NCBI GenBank assembly: GCA_949285605.1
Contig: CASDZI010000001.1
Location: 12,202 to 76,201 of the forward strand
DNA length: 64,000 nt
Source of the DNA: an uncultured Christensenella sp.
Lineage (GTDB): Bacteria > Bacillota > Clostridia > Christensenellales > DTU072
Direction: 5' to 3'
Under the pieces are notes generated by a model. It was not told the DNA's origin. It searched no databases and saw only the letters and a program-made list of their open reading frames with translations. The position numbers and the translations under genes were made by a program. This document shows, one piece after another, positions 1-9,690 of the stretch (the stretch's first letter is position 1; every line of letters begins with the position of its first letter).

Positions 1-262
1 AGTTTCGCACGTCGTTTGAGGGCAAAGGAAAAAGTAAACTCACCAAAAGCGAAATCAGCAGAATAACGAAATAAATCGTTAAATATATATCGTTTAACGG
101 TATATTTCGGTAATTTTTTATTCCTTCTCATACGAAACATCCCTTTTATTATATGAACCGTCGGGACGGGCGGGTGAAAAAGGGAGAAAGAGAAATTCGA
201 AATTATCGACACAAGTCGTCGACAATATGTTATCATATTAAAAAAGGCGACTCGGAGGATAT

Positions 263-748
263 ATGAATAACGACGACAAACACATAAAGACCAAAAAGAA
301 ATTGAAAATCATCGGATTAACCGTTCTGGTCATAGGACTTTGCTGCGTTGTGGCAGGCTTTGTGAATTTCGGAATATCTATAGCGAAAGGAGAAATGCCC
401 AAGCTGTTTTTCCTTTTGATAATAGGTTTGCCCTGTGCGGGGATAGGCGGAATGCTGACTGCGGCGGGCTTCAGAAAGGAAATAATGACCTATACCGCTA
501 AAGAAAGCGCACCCGCCGTCAATATTATGGGGCAATCCGTCGCGCCTGGAATAAGCGCGATAGCCTCGGCGGCGAAGGCTGCCGACCCCTCTCCCGTTAT
601 CTGTCCCGAGTGTGGCGAAAGCAACGAGGCGGGCAGCAATTTCTGTAAAAAATGCGGAAAGCAGTTGTCAAAAAAATGTCCTAAATGCGGAAACGTCGTA
701 GAAGCGGACAGCGGTTTTTGTCCTAATTGCGGAGAAAAGCTCAATTAA
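263..748 (+). CDS. membrane protein with C-terminal double zinc-ribbon domain
   Basis: 161-aa ORF with GGAGG just upstream of the ATG. Two hydrophobic helices are followed by four CxxC pairs (CPEC, CKKC, CPKC, CPNC). Confidence 0.75.
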   Translation: MNNDDKHIKTKKKLKIIGLTVLVIGLCCVVAGFVNFGISIAKGEMPKLFFLLIIGLPCAGIGGMLTAAGFRKEIMTYTAKESAPAVNIMGQSVAPGISAIASAAKAADPSPVICPECGESNEAGSNFCKKCGKQLSKKCPKCGNVVEADSGFCPNCGEKLN

Positions 749-763
749 AGTTTTACGAACGGT

Positions 764-797
764 AAAAAGCCCTGTGCAAAAACGCACAGGGCTTTTC
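764..797. terminator. bidirectional rho-independent terminator between convergent genes
   Basis: Stem GCCCTGTGC (769-777) / GCACAGGGC (784-792), A-run upstream and TTTT downstream. It lies between the 263-748 (+) and 830-1978 (-) gene ends. Confidence 0.8.
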
Positions 798-829
798 GTA
801 TTCTAACAAAGGAAATACAACGGAATTTA

Positions 830-1978
830 TCAGATGAGAGAGAGGAAAAGCTCTTTGATGTCCGCCACGCTGGTTTCTCTGGGGTTCCCGGGGCGGCAGG
901 CGTCGGCGTAAGCGCTTTCGGCAAGGAAATCCACGTCCTCTTTCTTGACGATGGCTTTCAGATCGGCAGGGATACCGACGTCTTCGGAAAGCTGTCTTAC
1001 TGCGTCCACGGCGGCTTTTCTGTATTCGTTCACGCTCATTTCGTCCACGCCTTTCACTCCCATGGCACGTGCGATCTCACGGTATTTATCCCCGGTTGCG
1101 GGGGCGTTGTATTCCATTACCGTGGGCAAAAGAATGGCGTTTGCCACCCCGTGGGGAGTGTCGTAAACGGCTCCGAGCGTGTGCGCCATGGAGTGGACTA
1201 TCCCGAGACCTACGTTACTGAAGCCCATACCGGCTATATATTGTCCGAGAGCCATTCCTTCCCGTCCGTCTTTTTCTCCTGCGACGGCTTTGCGCAGACT
1301 GCGGGAGATTATCTCTATGGCTTTTAAGTGGAACATATCCGTCATTTCCCAGGCGCCTAAGGTGATATATCCTTCTATGGCGTGGGTGAGGGCGTCCATA
1401 CCCGTGGCGGCGGTAAGTCCTTTGGGCATCGAGGACATCATATCGGGGTCGATAATTGCCACTACAGGTATGTCGTGTACGTCCACGCAGACGAATTTAC
1501 GCTGTTTTTCCACGTCGGTTATGACGTAGTTTATGGTAACTTCCGCCGCAGTACCCGCAGTGGTGGGAACGGCTATTATCGGAACCGAAGGTTTTTCGGT
1601 GGGTGCCACCCCTTCCAAAGAACGCACGTCGGCAAAAGAGGGATTGGCGATGATTATTCCGATGGCTTTCGCCGTATCCATAGAAGAACCGCCTCCCACG
1701 GCTATCAGATAATCGGCTCCGCTTTTCTCGAATGCGGCAACGCCGCTTTGTACGTTTTCTATGGTGGGGTTGGGTTTTATTTCCGAATAAATTTCGTAAG
1801 AAAGCCCGGCTTCGTCCAGTACGTCGGTGACTTTCTTTGTCACGCCGAATTTTATAAGATCTGGGTCGGAACAGAGGAAAGCTTTCTTAAATCCTCTCGC
1901 TTTGGCTTCTACGGCGATATTTTTGACAGCTCCGCTGCCGTGGTAACTCGTTTCGTTCAATATGATTCTGTTTGACAT
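830..1978 (-). CDS. fucO: lactaldehyde reductase / 1,2-propanediol oxidoreductase (iron-containing alcohol dehydrogenase)
   Basis: 382 aa, collinear over its full length with E. coli FucO as I recall it (NRIILNETSYHGSGAV, GGGSSMDTAKAIG, PTTAGTAAEVTINYVITD, GFSNVGLGIVHSMAH, HGVANAILLP). AAGGAG RBS. Confidence 0.9.
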   Translation of the reverse strand: MSNRIILNETSYHGSGAVKNIAVEAKARGFKKAFLCSDPDLIKFGVTKKVTDVLDEAGLSYEIYSEIKPNPTIENVQSGVAAFEKSGADYLIAVGGGSSMDTAKAIGIIIANPSFADVRSLEGVAPTEKPSVPIIAVPTTAGTAAEVTINYVITDVEKQRKFVCVDVHDIPVVAIIDPDMMSSMPKGLTAATGMDALTHAIEGYITLGAWEMTDMFHLKAIEIISRSLRKAVAGEKDGREGMALGQYIAGMGFSNVGLGIVHSMAHTLGAVYDTPHGVANAILLPTVMEYNAPATGDKYREIARAMGVKGVDEMSVNEYRKAAVDAVRQLSEDVGIPADLKAIVKKEDVDFLAESAYADACRPGNPRETSVADIKELFLSLI

Positions 1979-2121
1979 ATTTTTTCTCCTTCAATGAAAA
2001 TCCGACCTTATAAAGGTCCGTAATATAAATATAACACCGTTGGGAATTATTTTCAAGACGGCGGGAAACCCGTTGTTTCGGGAGAAGGAAATAGTTTTGT
2101 CGAAATCGGAGCGGAAAGGCG

Positions 2122-2676
2122 TTATTCCAACGTTTCGGAATAGCGGCAGCAGAGCTCAATGAATTTTTCGGGGTCGAAACCGTCGTTTGCGAGGTTTTTC
2201 TGAATGATTATTCCGTCGCAACAGAGCAAAATCGCCCAGGAGAGGAATTTTGGGTCCATTTTATCGGTGCGGGCGGCTATTAAGGTTTCCAGCAAAGCCG
2301 AAAACTCTCCGTAAAGGGCAAGGAATCGTTCTCTTACGTTTGCGTTGCCGCTCATTGCCGCATAAAAAAGGCGGAGACGGTGGTCGTCGGTGGTGTTGTA
2401 TTGCATTACGTATCCGACGAAACGGTGCAAGGAAGTGTCCTTGTCGGGATTGGACGCCCAGGCGGTGAGGGCTTTTTTCCGTTCCGAAAGCAGTCGGTCG
2501 GTCAAAGAAAGCAAAAGGTCGTCCTTGGTTTTGAAATAATAATACAAAGTGCCTTTCGAGACTCCCGCCGCATCCGCAATATCGGCAAGGGACAGGGTTT
2601 GCGCTTCGGAAATCAGCAGTTTTTCCGCACTTTCGAGGATTTTTTCCTTGACATTGTCGTTTCTTTTCGTCGCCAT
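2122..2676 (-). CDS. TetR/AcrR family transcriptional regulator
   Basis: 184 aa with an N-terminal TetR HTH (LSLADIADAAGVSKGTLYYYFKTKDDLL). Divergent from the operon starting at 2877. Confidence 0.85.
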   Translation of the reverse strand: MATKRNDNVKEKILESAEKLLISEAQTLSLADIADAAGVSKGTLYYYFKTKDDLLLSLTDRLLSERKKALTAWASNPDKDTSLHRFVGYVMQYNTTDDHRLRLFYAAMSGNANVRERFLALYGEFSALLETLIAARTDKMDPKFLSWAILLCCDGIIIQKNLANDGFDPEKFIELCCRYSETLE

Positions 2677-2809
2677 ACCTGAATTTTAACATAAGACGGA
2701 AGTTTTCACAACGGTTTTCGACAAAACGGTTTATATTCTTGAGTAAGCCTCTTCGTATAATATCAAAAAAAGCGTTTTCTCTGAAAAACGACGAAAAAAT
2801 TTTTCCGTA

Positions 2810-2838
2810 TTGACACCGTTTTTCGGCAAAGGTATAAT
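2810..2838 (+). promoter_or_regulatory. consensus sigma-A promoter (TTGACA-17-TATAAT)
   Basis: TTGACA at 2810-2815, exact 17-bp spacer, TATAAT at 2833-2838, about 40 nt upstream of the 2877 ATG. Confidence 0.8.
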
Positions 2839-2876
2839 TAAAGTGTGTCGGGCGTGCGACCGACAAAAGGATCGAG

Positions 2877-4589
2877 ATGAATTTAGTTAAATTGAACAAA
2901 AAATTGAATATTCTCTACGGCGGCAAGGTAAAGGCGAGGGAAGAGGACGGCAAAAGGATATTGGAAGGAGAGCTTTCGGACTGGTCGGAAATAGTCGCCG
3001 CCTGCACTCTTGCGTCGGAAAGATATTCCGCAATCCACGTCGTCAACGACATTAAACTCACGGGGACGGAAATCCCTCGGACAAGACTGCCTCACGTTAC
3101 CGACAAGAGTCTGGAGGGGCGGCGGCCCGACGTCCTTATCATAGGGGGCGGCATAAGCGGAGCGTCGATAGCGAGAGAGCTTACCCGTTGGAAAATCGAC
3201 GTTTTACTGGTGGATAAGGAAAGCGATCTTGCCTGTCACGCTTCGGGCAGGAACGACGGGGAAGTCCATCCGGGGATAGATCTCGGCAAGGGCAGTCTGA
3301 AACAGCGTTACGTAATAAGAGGCAACGCCATGTACGACCGAGTCTGCAAGGAACTGGACGTTCCCTTCAAGCGGAACGGTCAGTACGTCGGGTTTACCAA
3401 GGGATTTTTGAAACCGTTGGTGTATCTTTACGCCCTGCACCGCAAGAGTATCGGGGTGAAAGACACCGTCATTTTATCGAAAAAGGAGCTTTTCAGAAGG
3501 GAACCCAACCTCAATCCGAATTTCAAATTCGCCCTGTTCAATCCTTCGGCAGGGTGCGTTTCTCCCTACAACCTCACCATAGCGTACGCCGAAAACGCCG
3601 TCAGAAACGGGGCGCAGGTATCCCTCCTCACCGCTGTCACGGGAATGGACGTGGAAAACGGGAAAATTCTTGCCGTGCATACCAACAGGGGGACGGTTTA
3701 TCCCGAAGTCGTGGTCAATGCGGCGGGCTGTTTTGCCGAAGAAGTGGCGGCTATGGCGAAAGACAGATTTTATTCCGTACATCCGAGGAGAGGGACCAAT
3801 TCCATTCTGGACAAAAAGGCGGGTTTTTTGGTCAAGGGCATAGCGGGCATCAAAGGAGCCAAGGGCACCAAGAACACCAAAGGCGGCGGGATACTTAACA
3901 CCGTCCACGAAAATCTTTTGGTGGGACCCGACGCCATAGAAACTTGCGAAAGGGAAAATTTCGCCACCGAAAAAGAGAGTATAGAAAAGGTTTTCGCAAA
4001 ACAGAAACAGACCGCTCCGACGCTGAGCGAAAGGGACATAATAACCTATTTCACGGGAGTGAGAAGTCCGACGTTCGAAGAAGATTTCGTCATCGAAAGG
4101 GGACGGGAAACTCTCAATCTGGTCCATTGCGCAGGGATACAGTCGCCGGGACTTACCACCGCTCCGGCGGTGGCGGAGGACGTGGCGAAACTTTGCGTGG
4201 ACATTCTGTCGGAAAAAGGGGCGGTTGCGGTCAACGACAAGTTCGACCCGATACGCAAAGGGATACCGCACCTTGCCGCAATGCCTATGAAAGAAAGGGA
4301 AGAATATATCCGTAAAAATCCCGATTACGGCGTCATCGTATGCAGGTGCGAGGAAGTGAGCAAGGGAGAGATACTCGACGCTCTGAAAAGTCCTATTTGC
4401 GTACCCACCGTGGACGGGATAAAACGCAGAGTGCGTCCGGGTATGGGCAGGTGTCAGGGAGGTTTCTGTCAGCCGCTCGTGACCAAGATAATTGCCGAAT
4501 TTCTCGCTAAGGAGCTTTCCGAGGTCCGAAAGAACGAGGAAAATTCCGTGATAGTCTATTCTGAAACCAAAGGCAGGAAAGGGGAATGA
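2877..4589 (+). CDS. FAD-dependent dehydrogenase, anaerobic glycerol-3-phosphate dehydrogenase (GlpA)-like, with BFD-like [2Fe-2S] module
   Basis: 570 aa. Dinucleotide fold VLIIGGGISGASIARELT...DKESD; C-terminal cysteine motif VCRCEEVSKGEI...GMGRCQGGFCQ typical of the BFD-like domain in GlpA/LhgO-type enzymes. Confidence 0.8.
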   Translation: MNLVKLNKKLNILYGGKVKAREEDGKRILEGELSDWSEIVAACTLASERYSAIHVVNDIKLTGTEIPRTRLPHVTDKSLEGRRPDVLIIGGGISGASIARELTRWKIDVLLVDKESDLACHASGRNDGEVHPGIDLGKGSLKQRYVIRGNAMYDRVCKELDVPFKRNGQYVGFTKGFLKPLVYLYALHRKSIGVKDTVILSKKELFRREPNLNPNFKFALFNPSAGCVSPYNLTIAYAENAVRNGAQVSLLTAVTGMDVENGKILAVHTNRGTVYPEVVVNAAGCFAEEVAAMAKDRFYSVHPRRGTNSILDKKAGFLVKGIAGIKGAKGTKNTKGGGILNTVHENLLVGPDAIETCERENFATEKESIEKVFAKQKQTAPTLSERDIITYFTGVRSPTFEEDFVIERGRETLNLVHCAGIQSPGLTTAPAVAEDVAKLCVDILSEKGAVAVNDKFDPIRKGIPHLAAMPMKEREEYIRKNPDYGVIVCRCEEVSKGEILDALKSPICVPTVDGIKRRVRPGMGRCQGGFCQPLVTKIIAEFLAKELSEVRKNEENSVIVYSETKGRKGE

Positions 4590-5833
4590 AAAGTTACGAC
4601 GTGGTGGTCATAGGGGGAGGCCCGGCAGGGCTCGCCGCAGCGCTGGAAGCGGAAAGAAACGGCGCCGAAACCTTGATTATAGAACGCGAAAACGCCCTCG
4701 GCGGGATACTGAAACAATGTATTCACGACGGTTTCGGGCTGGTGCGGTTTAAGGAAAAACTGTCGGGACCCGAGTATGCGGAACGGTTTACCGAGGAACT
4801 GGAAGGTAAAAAAATCGACGTAAAACTTCTGTCTTTCGTGACGGAAATAAGAAAGGACGGGAAGTTTTATTTAAGCGTGGTGAGCCGAGAGGGGATAGAG
4901 GAGATCGAAGCCAAAGCCGTGGTGCTTGCCACGGGGTGTCGGGAGCGGACGGCAAAGCAGGTATACATACACGGCACCCGACCTGCCGGCGTTTTCACGG
5001 CGGGGACGGCGCAGCGGTACGTCAACATAGAAGGGTTTATGCCGACGAAGAGGTGCGTTATTTTGGGAAGCGGCGACATAGGGCTTATCATGGCTCGGCG
5101 CATAACGCTGGAAGGCGGCGTCGTTTTGGGGGTGTACGAAGCCAAAAGCACTCCGTCGGGACTGACCCGTAACATACATCAGTGTCTGTACGACTACGAC
5201 ATTCCCTTACATCTTTCCTCCACCGTGACCAGAGTTTTCGGCGAAGGCAGGCTGGAAGGGGTGGAAATAGCCAAGGTGGACGAAAAAATGCGTCCTCTAC
5301 CCGGGACGGAAGAGAGGATAGACTGCGACGCCCTTATCCTTTCGGTGGGACTTATCCCCGAGAACGAACTCGCCGAAAAGCTGTCGGTAACGACCGATCC
5401 CCGTTCCAAGGGAGCGACCTGCGACGGGCAGATGATGACCGACGTCGGAGGAGTTTTTACCTGCGGCAACGCCACCCACGTCAACGATTTGGTGGATTAC
5501 GTTTCCGAAAGCGGAGAGATCGCCGGAAAAAACGCCGCTCTTTACGACGGGAAAAACGCAAAATACGCTTTCGTCCGTCCCGACGACAACCTTCTATACG
5601 TTGTGCCGCAGAGACTCAATCTGTCTGCGGACAATTCCGAGACCGTCATCTATTTCCGTTCCAAGGAAGTCCGCGGCAAAAGCGTCGTTACGGTAAAAGC
5701 CGACGGAAAGACGGTTTTGCAAAAGAAATATCCTTTTCTCCGTCCGCCGGAAATGGAAAGGATAAAGGCGGATTTTTCGAGTTTTCCGCTCAAGGAAAAT
5801 TCCGTGGTGGAAATTACCGTGGAGGAGGGCTGA
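4586..5833 (+). CDS. FAD/NAD(P)-binding pyridine nucleotide-disulfide oxidoreductase-like subunit
   Basis: 415 aa. VVVIGGGPAGLAAALEAERNG and a second Rossmann motif ILGSGDIGLIMARR. ATGA overlap with the upstream gene. This is the usual partner of GlpA-like and DUF1667 genes in clostridial glp clusters. Confidence 0.8.
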   Translation: MKSYDVVVIGGGPAGLAAALEAERNGAETLIIERENALGGILKQCIHDGFGLVRFKEKLSGPEYAERFTEELEGKKIDVKLLSFVTEIRKDGKFYLSVVSREGIEEIEAKAVVLATGCRERTAKQVYIHGTRPAGVFTAGTAQRYVNIEGFMPTKRCVILGSGDIGLIMARRITLEGGVVLGVYEAKSTPSGLTRNIHQCLYDYDIPLHLSSTVTRVFGEGRLEGVEIAKVDEKMRPLPGTEERIDCDALILSVGLIPENELAEKLSVTTDPRSKGATCDGQMMTDVGGVFTCGNATHVNDLVDYVSESGEIAGKNAALYDGKNAKYAFVRPDDNLLYVVPQRLNLSADNSETVIYFRSKEVRGKSVVTVKADGKTVLQKKYPFLRPPEMERIKADFSSFPLKENSVVEITVEEG

Positions 5834-5835
5834 AA

Positions 5836-6192
5836 ATGAGAGAACTGGTTTGTATAGTATGCCCCAACGGCTGCACCCTTTCGGTGGACGAGCAGACCCT
5901 TGCGGTAACGGGCAACAAATGCCGCAAAGGGGTGGATTTTGCGGTGGCGGAACTGACTTGTCCGACCAGGACGATCTGTTCCACGGTAAAGACCGTTTTT
6001 CCCGAAGCCCCCGTCCTGCCCGTAAGAGTATCGAAGGAAATTCCCAAAGACAAAATTTTCGACGTAATGGCGGAAATAAATAAAGTTATCGTGGACAAGA
6101 GGTTATCCCGAGGGGAAACCGTCATCGGGAACATCCTCGGACTGGGCGTAGACGTCATAGCGACGAGTTCGGTTCTGGTCAAAAAAAGCTGA
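5836..6192 (+). CDS. DUF1667 domain protein (small Cys-containing subunit)
   Basis: ATG at 5836 lies in frame within the 5182-6192 track ORF, 3 nt after the upstream stop. MRELVCIVCPNGCTLSV...GNKCRKG is typical of DUF1667. Confidence 0.8.
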   Translation: MRELVCIVCPNGCTLSVDEQTLAVTGNKCRKGVDFAVAELTCPTRTICSTVKTVFPEAPVLPVRVSKEIPKDKIFDVMAEINKVIVDKRLSRGETVIGNILGLGVDVIATSSVLVKKS

Positions 6193-6223
6193 AAAGCCGT
6201 TTTCCGTTTTCGGAGGGAATATT

Positions 6224-7783
6224 ATGGAAGAAAGAGTGGTTCTGACTTTCGACATAGGCACGCAGAGTATGAGGGGTATGTTCGTGGACAGCAAGGGGAA
6301 CATTCTGGACTTCGAGCAGATAAGGTACGAAAAACCGTATTTTTCCGTGAATCCCGGCTGGGCGGAGCAGAGTGCGGATTTTTATTACCACACTCTGTGT
6401 AAAATTTCCGCAACGCTGATAGGGCGCAGTCCCGAGCTTTCGGCGCGGACCATGGCGGTCACGCTCACCACCGTCAGGGATACCGTGGTGTGTCTGGACA
6501 AGGAGGGAAAACCTTTACGGGACGCCATACTCTGGCTGGACAAGAGGGAAGCCGAAAACGTTAAGCCTTTACCGAAGTATATGGTCGCCGTTTTCCGTGC
6601 GGCGGGCGTGCTGGAAACCGTCCTGATGCAACAGAAACAGTCGGTCTGCAACTGGATAATGGACAAGGAACCCGACGTCTGGGCAAAAACCGACAAATAC
6701 GTTATGCTGAGTTCTTATCTGAATTTTCGCCTTACGGGAGAATTGAAAGACACCGACTCCAATCAGGTGGGGCACGTTCCTTTCGATTACAAAAACCGCC
6801 GTTGGATGAAAGAACGGGGACTTACCCGCTGTATGTACGACGTACCTGCGGAAAAACTTTGTCCCTTGATAAAATCGGGAGAGGAGATAGGCAGGATAAC
6901 GGGCAAAGCGAGCAAAGACTCCGCCATTCCCGAAGGGTTACCGTTGATTGCCACGGGTTCGGACAAGGCTTGCGAGATCCTCGGACTGTCGGTAACCGAC
7001 AAAGACAAGGCGGCTTTGTCCTTCGGGACGACGGCGACGGTGCATTTCGCTACCGACCGTTATTTCGAACCCGTACGTTTCGTGCCGTGTTATCCCGCCG
7101 TTCCGAAACACCTTTTCAATCCCGAAGTGCAGATATACCGAGGGTACTGGATGCTTTCCTGGTTCAAGAAGGAATTTGCCGCAAAGGAATGCGAGGAAGC
7201 GGACAGGACGGGCGTCAGCGCCGAGAGTTTACTCAATAAACACCTCAGGGAAATTCCCGCAGGGAGCGAAGGGCTTATTCTGCAACCGTACTGGACTCCG
7301 GGGGTGGTCAACCCGTCGGCGAAAGGGGCGATAATAGGTTTTTCCGACGTTCATACCAGAGCGCACGTTTACAGAGCCATCATCGAAGGGATAGGTTTCG
7401 GACTGATGGACGGAATGTATTCTATGGAAAAACGGGGAAAACAAAAGATAAAAACCGTTTTCGTGGCGGGCGGCGGCAGTCAGTCGGAGGAAATTTGTCA
7501 GATAACCGCAAATATGTTCGGACTGCCCGTGAAGAGGATACAGACCCACGAAGCGGCGGGGCTGGGGTCGGCGATGGTGGCGTTCGTGGCAAAAGGCGTT
7601 TACGCCGATTACGACGAGGCGACGAAAAATATGGTCAGGGTCAGGGACACCTTCCTGCCCGACGAAAAAGAACACCGTCTTTACGAGGAACTCTACCGTA
7701 ACGTCTATTGCGGACTTTACGGCAGGTTGGAACCGTTGTATAAAAAAATCAAAAAAATAATTTCCGCAAGGAGGTACAGATAA
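6224..7783 (+). CDS. FGGY-family carbohydrate/polyol kinase (specificity unknown; not an obvious GlpK)
   Basis: 519 aa. N-terminal FDIGTQSMRG phosphate-1 motif, GSDKACE, C-terminal FVAGGGSQS. GGAGGG RBS. Confidence 0.85.
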   Translation: MEERVVLTFDIGTQSMRGMFVDSKGNILDFEQIRYEKPYFSVNPGWAEQSADFYYHTLCKISATLIGRSPELSARTMAVTLTTVRDTVVCLDKEGKPLRDAILWLDKREAENVKPLPKYMVAVFRAAGVLETVLMQQKQSVCNWIMDKEPDVWAKTDKYVMLSSYLNFRLTGELKDTDSNQVGHVPFDYKNRRWMKERGLTRCMYDVPAEKLCPLIKSGEEIGRITGKASKDSAIPEGLPLIATGSDKACEILGLSVTDKDKAALSFGTTATVHFATDRYFEPVRFVPCYPAVPKHLFNPEVQIYRGYWMLSWFKKEFAAKECEEADRTGVSAESLLNKHLREIPAGSEGLILQPYWTPGVVNPSAKGAIIGFSDVHTRAHVYRAIIEGIGFGLMDGMYSMEKRGKQKIKTVFVAGGGSQSEEICQITANMFGLPVKRIQTHEAAGLGSAMVAFVAKGVYADYDEATKNMVRVRDTFLPDEKEHRLYEELYRNVYCGLYGRLEPLYKKIKKIISARRYR

Positions 7784-9525
7784 TGAGCGTAAAACCGTAT
7801 AAAGGCTTCGAGCCGAAATGGATAAAGGAACCCGCCCCCAAGGACAGCTACCGTTCCATATTCCGTTGGGGAGATCCCGATTTCGTAAAATATCCCAAAG
7901 AGTCCCTTTATAAAATGATGAAGGACGTGTTCAAGATGACGGACGAAGATTTTTCGCATTACGAAGGAGACACGGGATTTGAAAAAGTCGTCCTGGACAA
8001 GCCCTCTCTTATGGAGGAAAAGCATATAGAGGCGTTCCGCAAAATAGTGGGTGCGGACAACGTGTCCACCGCCGACTACGACAGGCTGAGCGTAGCTTAC
8101 GGCAAGACGGGGTACGACGCGCTGAGGCTGAGGGAACGCAGGATAGACAGTCTGCCCGACGTGGTGCTTTATCCGTCGGACAAGGAGGAGATAAAGGCGA
8201 TAGTGGACTATTGCGTGGCGAACAAAATCCCTCTCTACGTTTACGGGGGAGGTTCGTCGGTCACGATGGGGGTGGAACCCGTCAAGGGCGGCGTTTCGCT
8301 GGATATGAGGAGAAATTTCAATAAAGTCATCGCTTTCAACGAAATCGATCAGACCATAACCGTTCAGGCGGGAATGAGCGGACCCAAGTTAGAGGAGACC
8401 CTCAACGACGCCGTAAAACTTTTCAACGCCAAAAGAGCCTACACCTGCGGTCATTTTCCGCAGTCGTTCGAATATTCCTCGGTAGGGGGGTGGGTGGTCA
8501 CCAGAGGAGCTGGGCAGAACTCCACCTATTACGGAAAAATCGAAGACATAGTGCTTTCGCAGGAATACGCCACGCCCATAGGCGTCATCAAGACTTCGCA
8601 TTATCCGAGGGAAGCCACCGGTCCGTCGCTCAATCAGATAATGATGGGCGGAGAGGGAGCGTTCGGGGTGCTCACCGAAGTCACGCTGAGAGTTTTCCGC
8701 TATATGCCCGAGAACAGGAAACGGTTTTCCTTTATCTTCAAGACCTGGGAAGAAGCCATGGAAGCGGCGAGGGAAATGATGCAGTGCGAATGCGGATTTT
8801 CTTCGGTATTCCGTCTTTCCGACCAGGAAGAGACCTCCCTTATGCTCAAACTCTACAACGTGGACGACACGCCTCTGGGGAAACTTCTGGAAAAATTCGG
8901 ATATAAGGATATGGAAAGGTGTCTTTTCCTCGGATTTACCGACGGGGAGAAAGGTTTTTCCAAGAACGTCGCCAAAAACATCAAAAAAATCGCCCGTCGT
9001 TACGGCGGAATGAGCCTTACCGGGTATGTCTGCCGTTCTTGGGAGAAAGGGCGTTTCAACGACCCGTATCTCAGGGACACCATGCTGGACTTCGGCGTGA
9101 TAACCGACACTATGGAGTGTTCGGTCAACTGGTCCAATATGGAACAGGTGCATCTGGACGTGAGAAAGGTCTGCAAAGCTCTGCCCAACACCGTAGTCAC
9201 CACGCATATGTCGCATTGCTATCCGCAGGGCGCCAACCTCTATTTCATATTCATAACCCGTATGTCCGACGCCGACGAATTCAAAGCCTATCACGCCACC
9301 ATTCTCGACGCCATACAGAAGTCGGGAGCGGCGATGAGCCACCACCACGGTATCGGAAAAATGTTCGGTCCGTGGCTGGAGGGGTCTCTCGGCAGGAAGG
9401 AATACGGAGTGTTCAAGGTGCTTAAAAACTATTTCGACCCCGATTATCTGATGAACCCCGGCGGAACGCTCGGACTGGACACGGAAGAGGACGAGAAGAA
9501 ATTTTTACGGGACGATATAAAATAA
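7783..9525 (+). CDS. FAD-linked oxidase (PCMH fold), alkylglycerone-phosphate synthase (AGPS)-like
   Basis: 580 aa. FAD-binding segment VVLYPSDKEEIKAIVDYCVANKIPLYVYGGGSSVTMG; C-terminal SHHHGIGK...YFDPDYLMNPG. TAATG overlap with the kinase stop. Confidence 0.8.
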   Translation: MSVKPYKGFEPKWIKEPAPKDSYRSIFRWGDPDFVKYPKESLYKMMKDVFKMTDEDFSHYEGDTGFEKVVLDKPSLMEEKHIEAFRKIVGADNVSTADYDRLSVAYGKTGYDALRLRERRIDSLPDVVLYPSDKEEIKAIVDYCVANKIPLYVYGGGSSVTMGVEPVKGGVSLDMRRNFNKVIAFNEIDQTITVQAGMSGPKLEETLNDAVKLFNAKRAYTCGHFPQSFEYSSVGGWVVTRGAGQNSTYYGKIEDIVLSQEYATPIGVIKTSHYPREATGPSLNQIMMGGEGAFGVLTEVTLRVFRYMPENRKRFSFIFKTWEEAMEAAREMMQCECGFSSVFRLSDQEETSLMLKLYNVDDTPLGKLLEKFGYKDMERCLFLGFTDGEKGFSKNVAKNIKKIARRYGGMSLTGYVCRSWEKGRFNDPYLRDTMLDFGVITDTMECSVNWSNMEQVHLDVRKVCKALPNTVVTTHMSHCYPQGANLYFIFITRMSDADEFKAYHATILDAIQKSGAAMSHHHGIGKMFGPWLEGSLGRKEYGVFKVLKNYFDPDYLMNPGGTLGLDTEEDEKKFLRDDIK

Positions 9526-9553
9526 TTCTTTCCGTCCGAAAACTTTTTCAAAT

Positions 9554-9586
9554 AACGCCGCCGTCCTCAGACGACGGCGTTTTCGT
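9554..9586 (+). terminator. rho-independent terminator
   Basis: GC-rich stem ACGCCGCCGTC / GACGACGGCGT (one mismatch) followed by TTTT, 30 nt after the 9525 stop. Confidence 0.7.
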
Positions 9587-9669
9587 TCGGAAAAGAAAAT
9601 GCGGCAATTTAATTTTTTTCTTCCGAAACAGTAGCAATTTTTTATACTTTGAGTTAAAATATAGCAATA

Positions 9670-9690
9670 TCGGAATATATTATATTCCGA
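9670..9690. promoter_or_regulatory. perfect 21-bp palindrome, candidate operator in front of the CDF transporter gene
   Basis: TCGGAATATA-T-TATATTCCGA (10+1+10), just downstream of a TAGCAA-17-TAAAAT promoter candidate (9632-9660) and 30 nt before the 9720 ATG. Confidence 0.5.

Noticed and set aside
1-139. A possible partial minus-strand ORF running off the left edge (MFRMRRNKKLPKYTVKRYIFNDLF...)
   Set aside because: Only about 46 codons are visible. There is no recognisable motif or convincing RBS, so it cannot be supported from this window.
5182-5835. N-terminal 218 codons of the 336-aa track ORF 5182-6192, and likewise 14827-15264 of ORF 14827-15822
   Set aside because: These stretches overlap the preceding genes out of frame and translate to Arg-rich nonsense. 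Real starts with stop-start coupling exist at 5836 (DUF1667) and 15265 (MetH activation domain).
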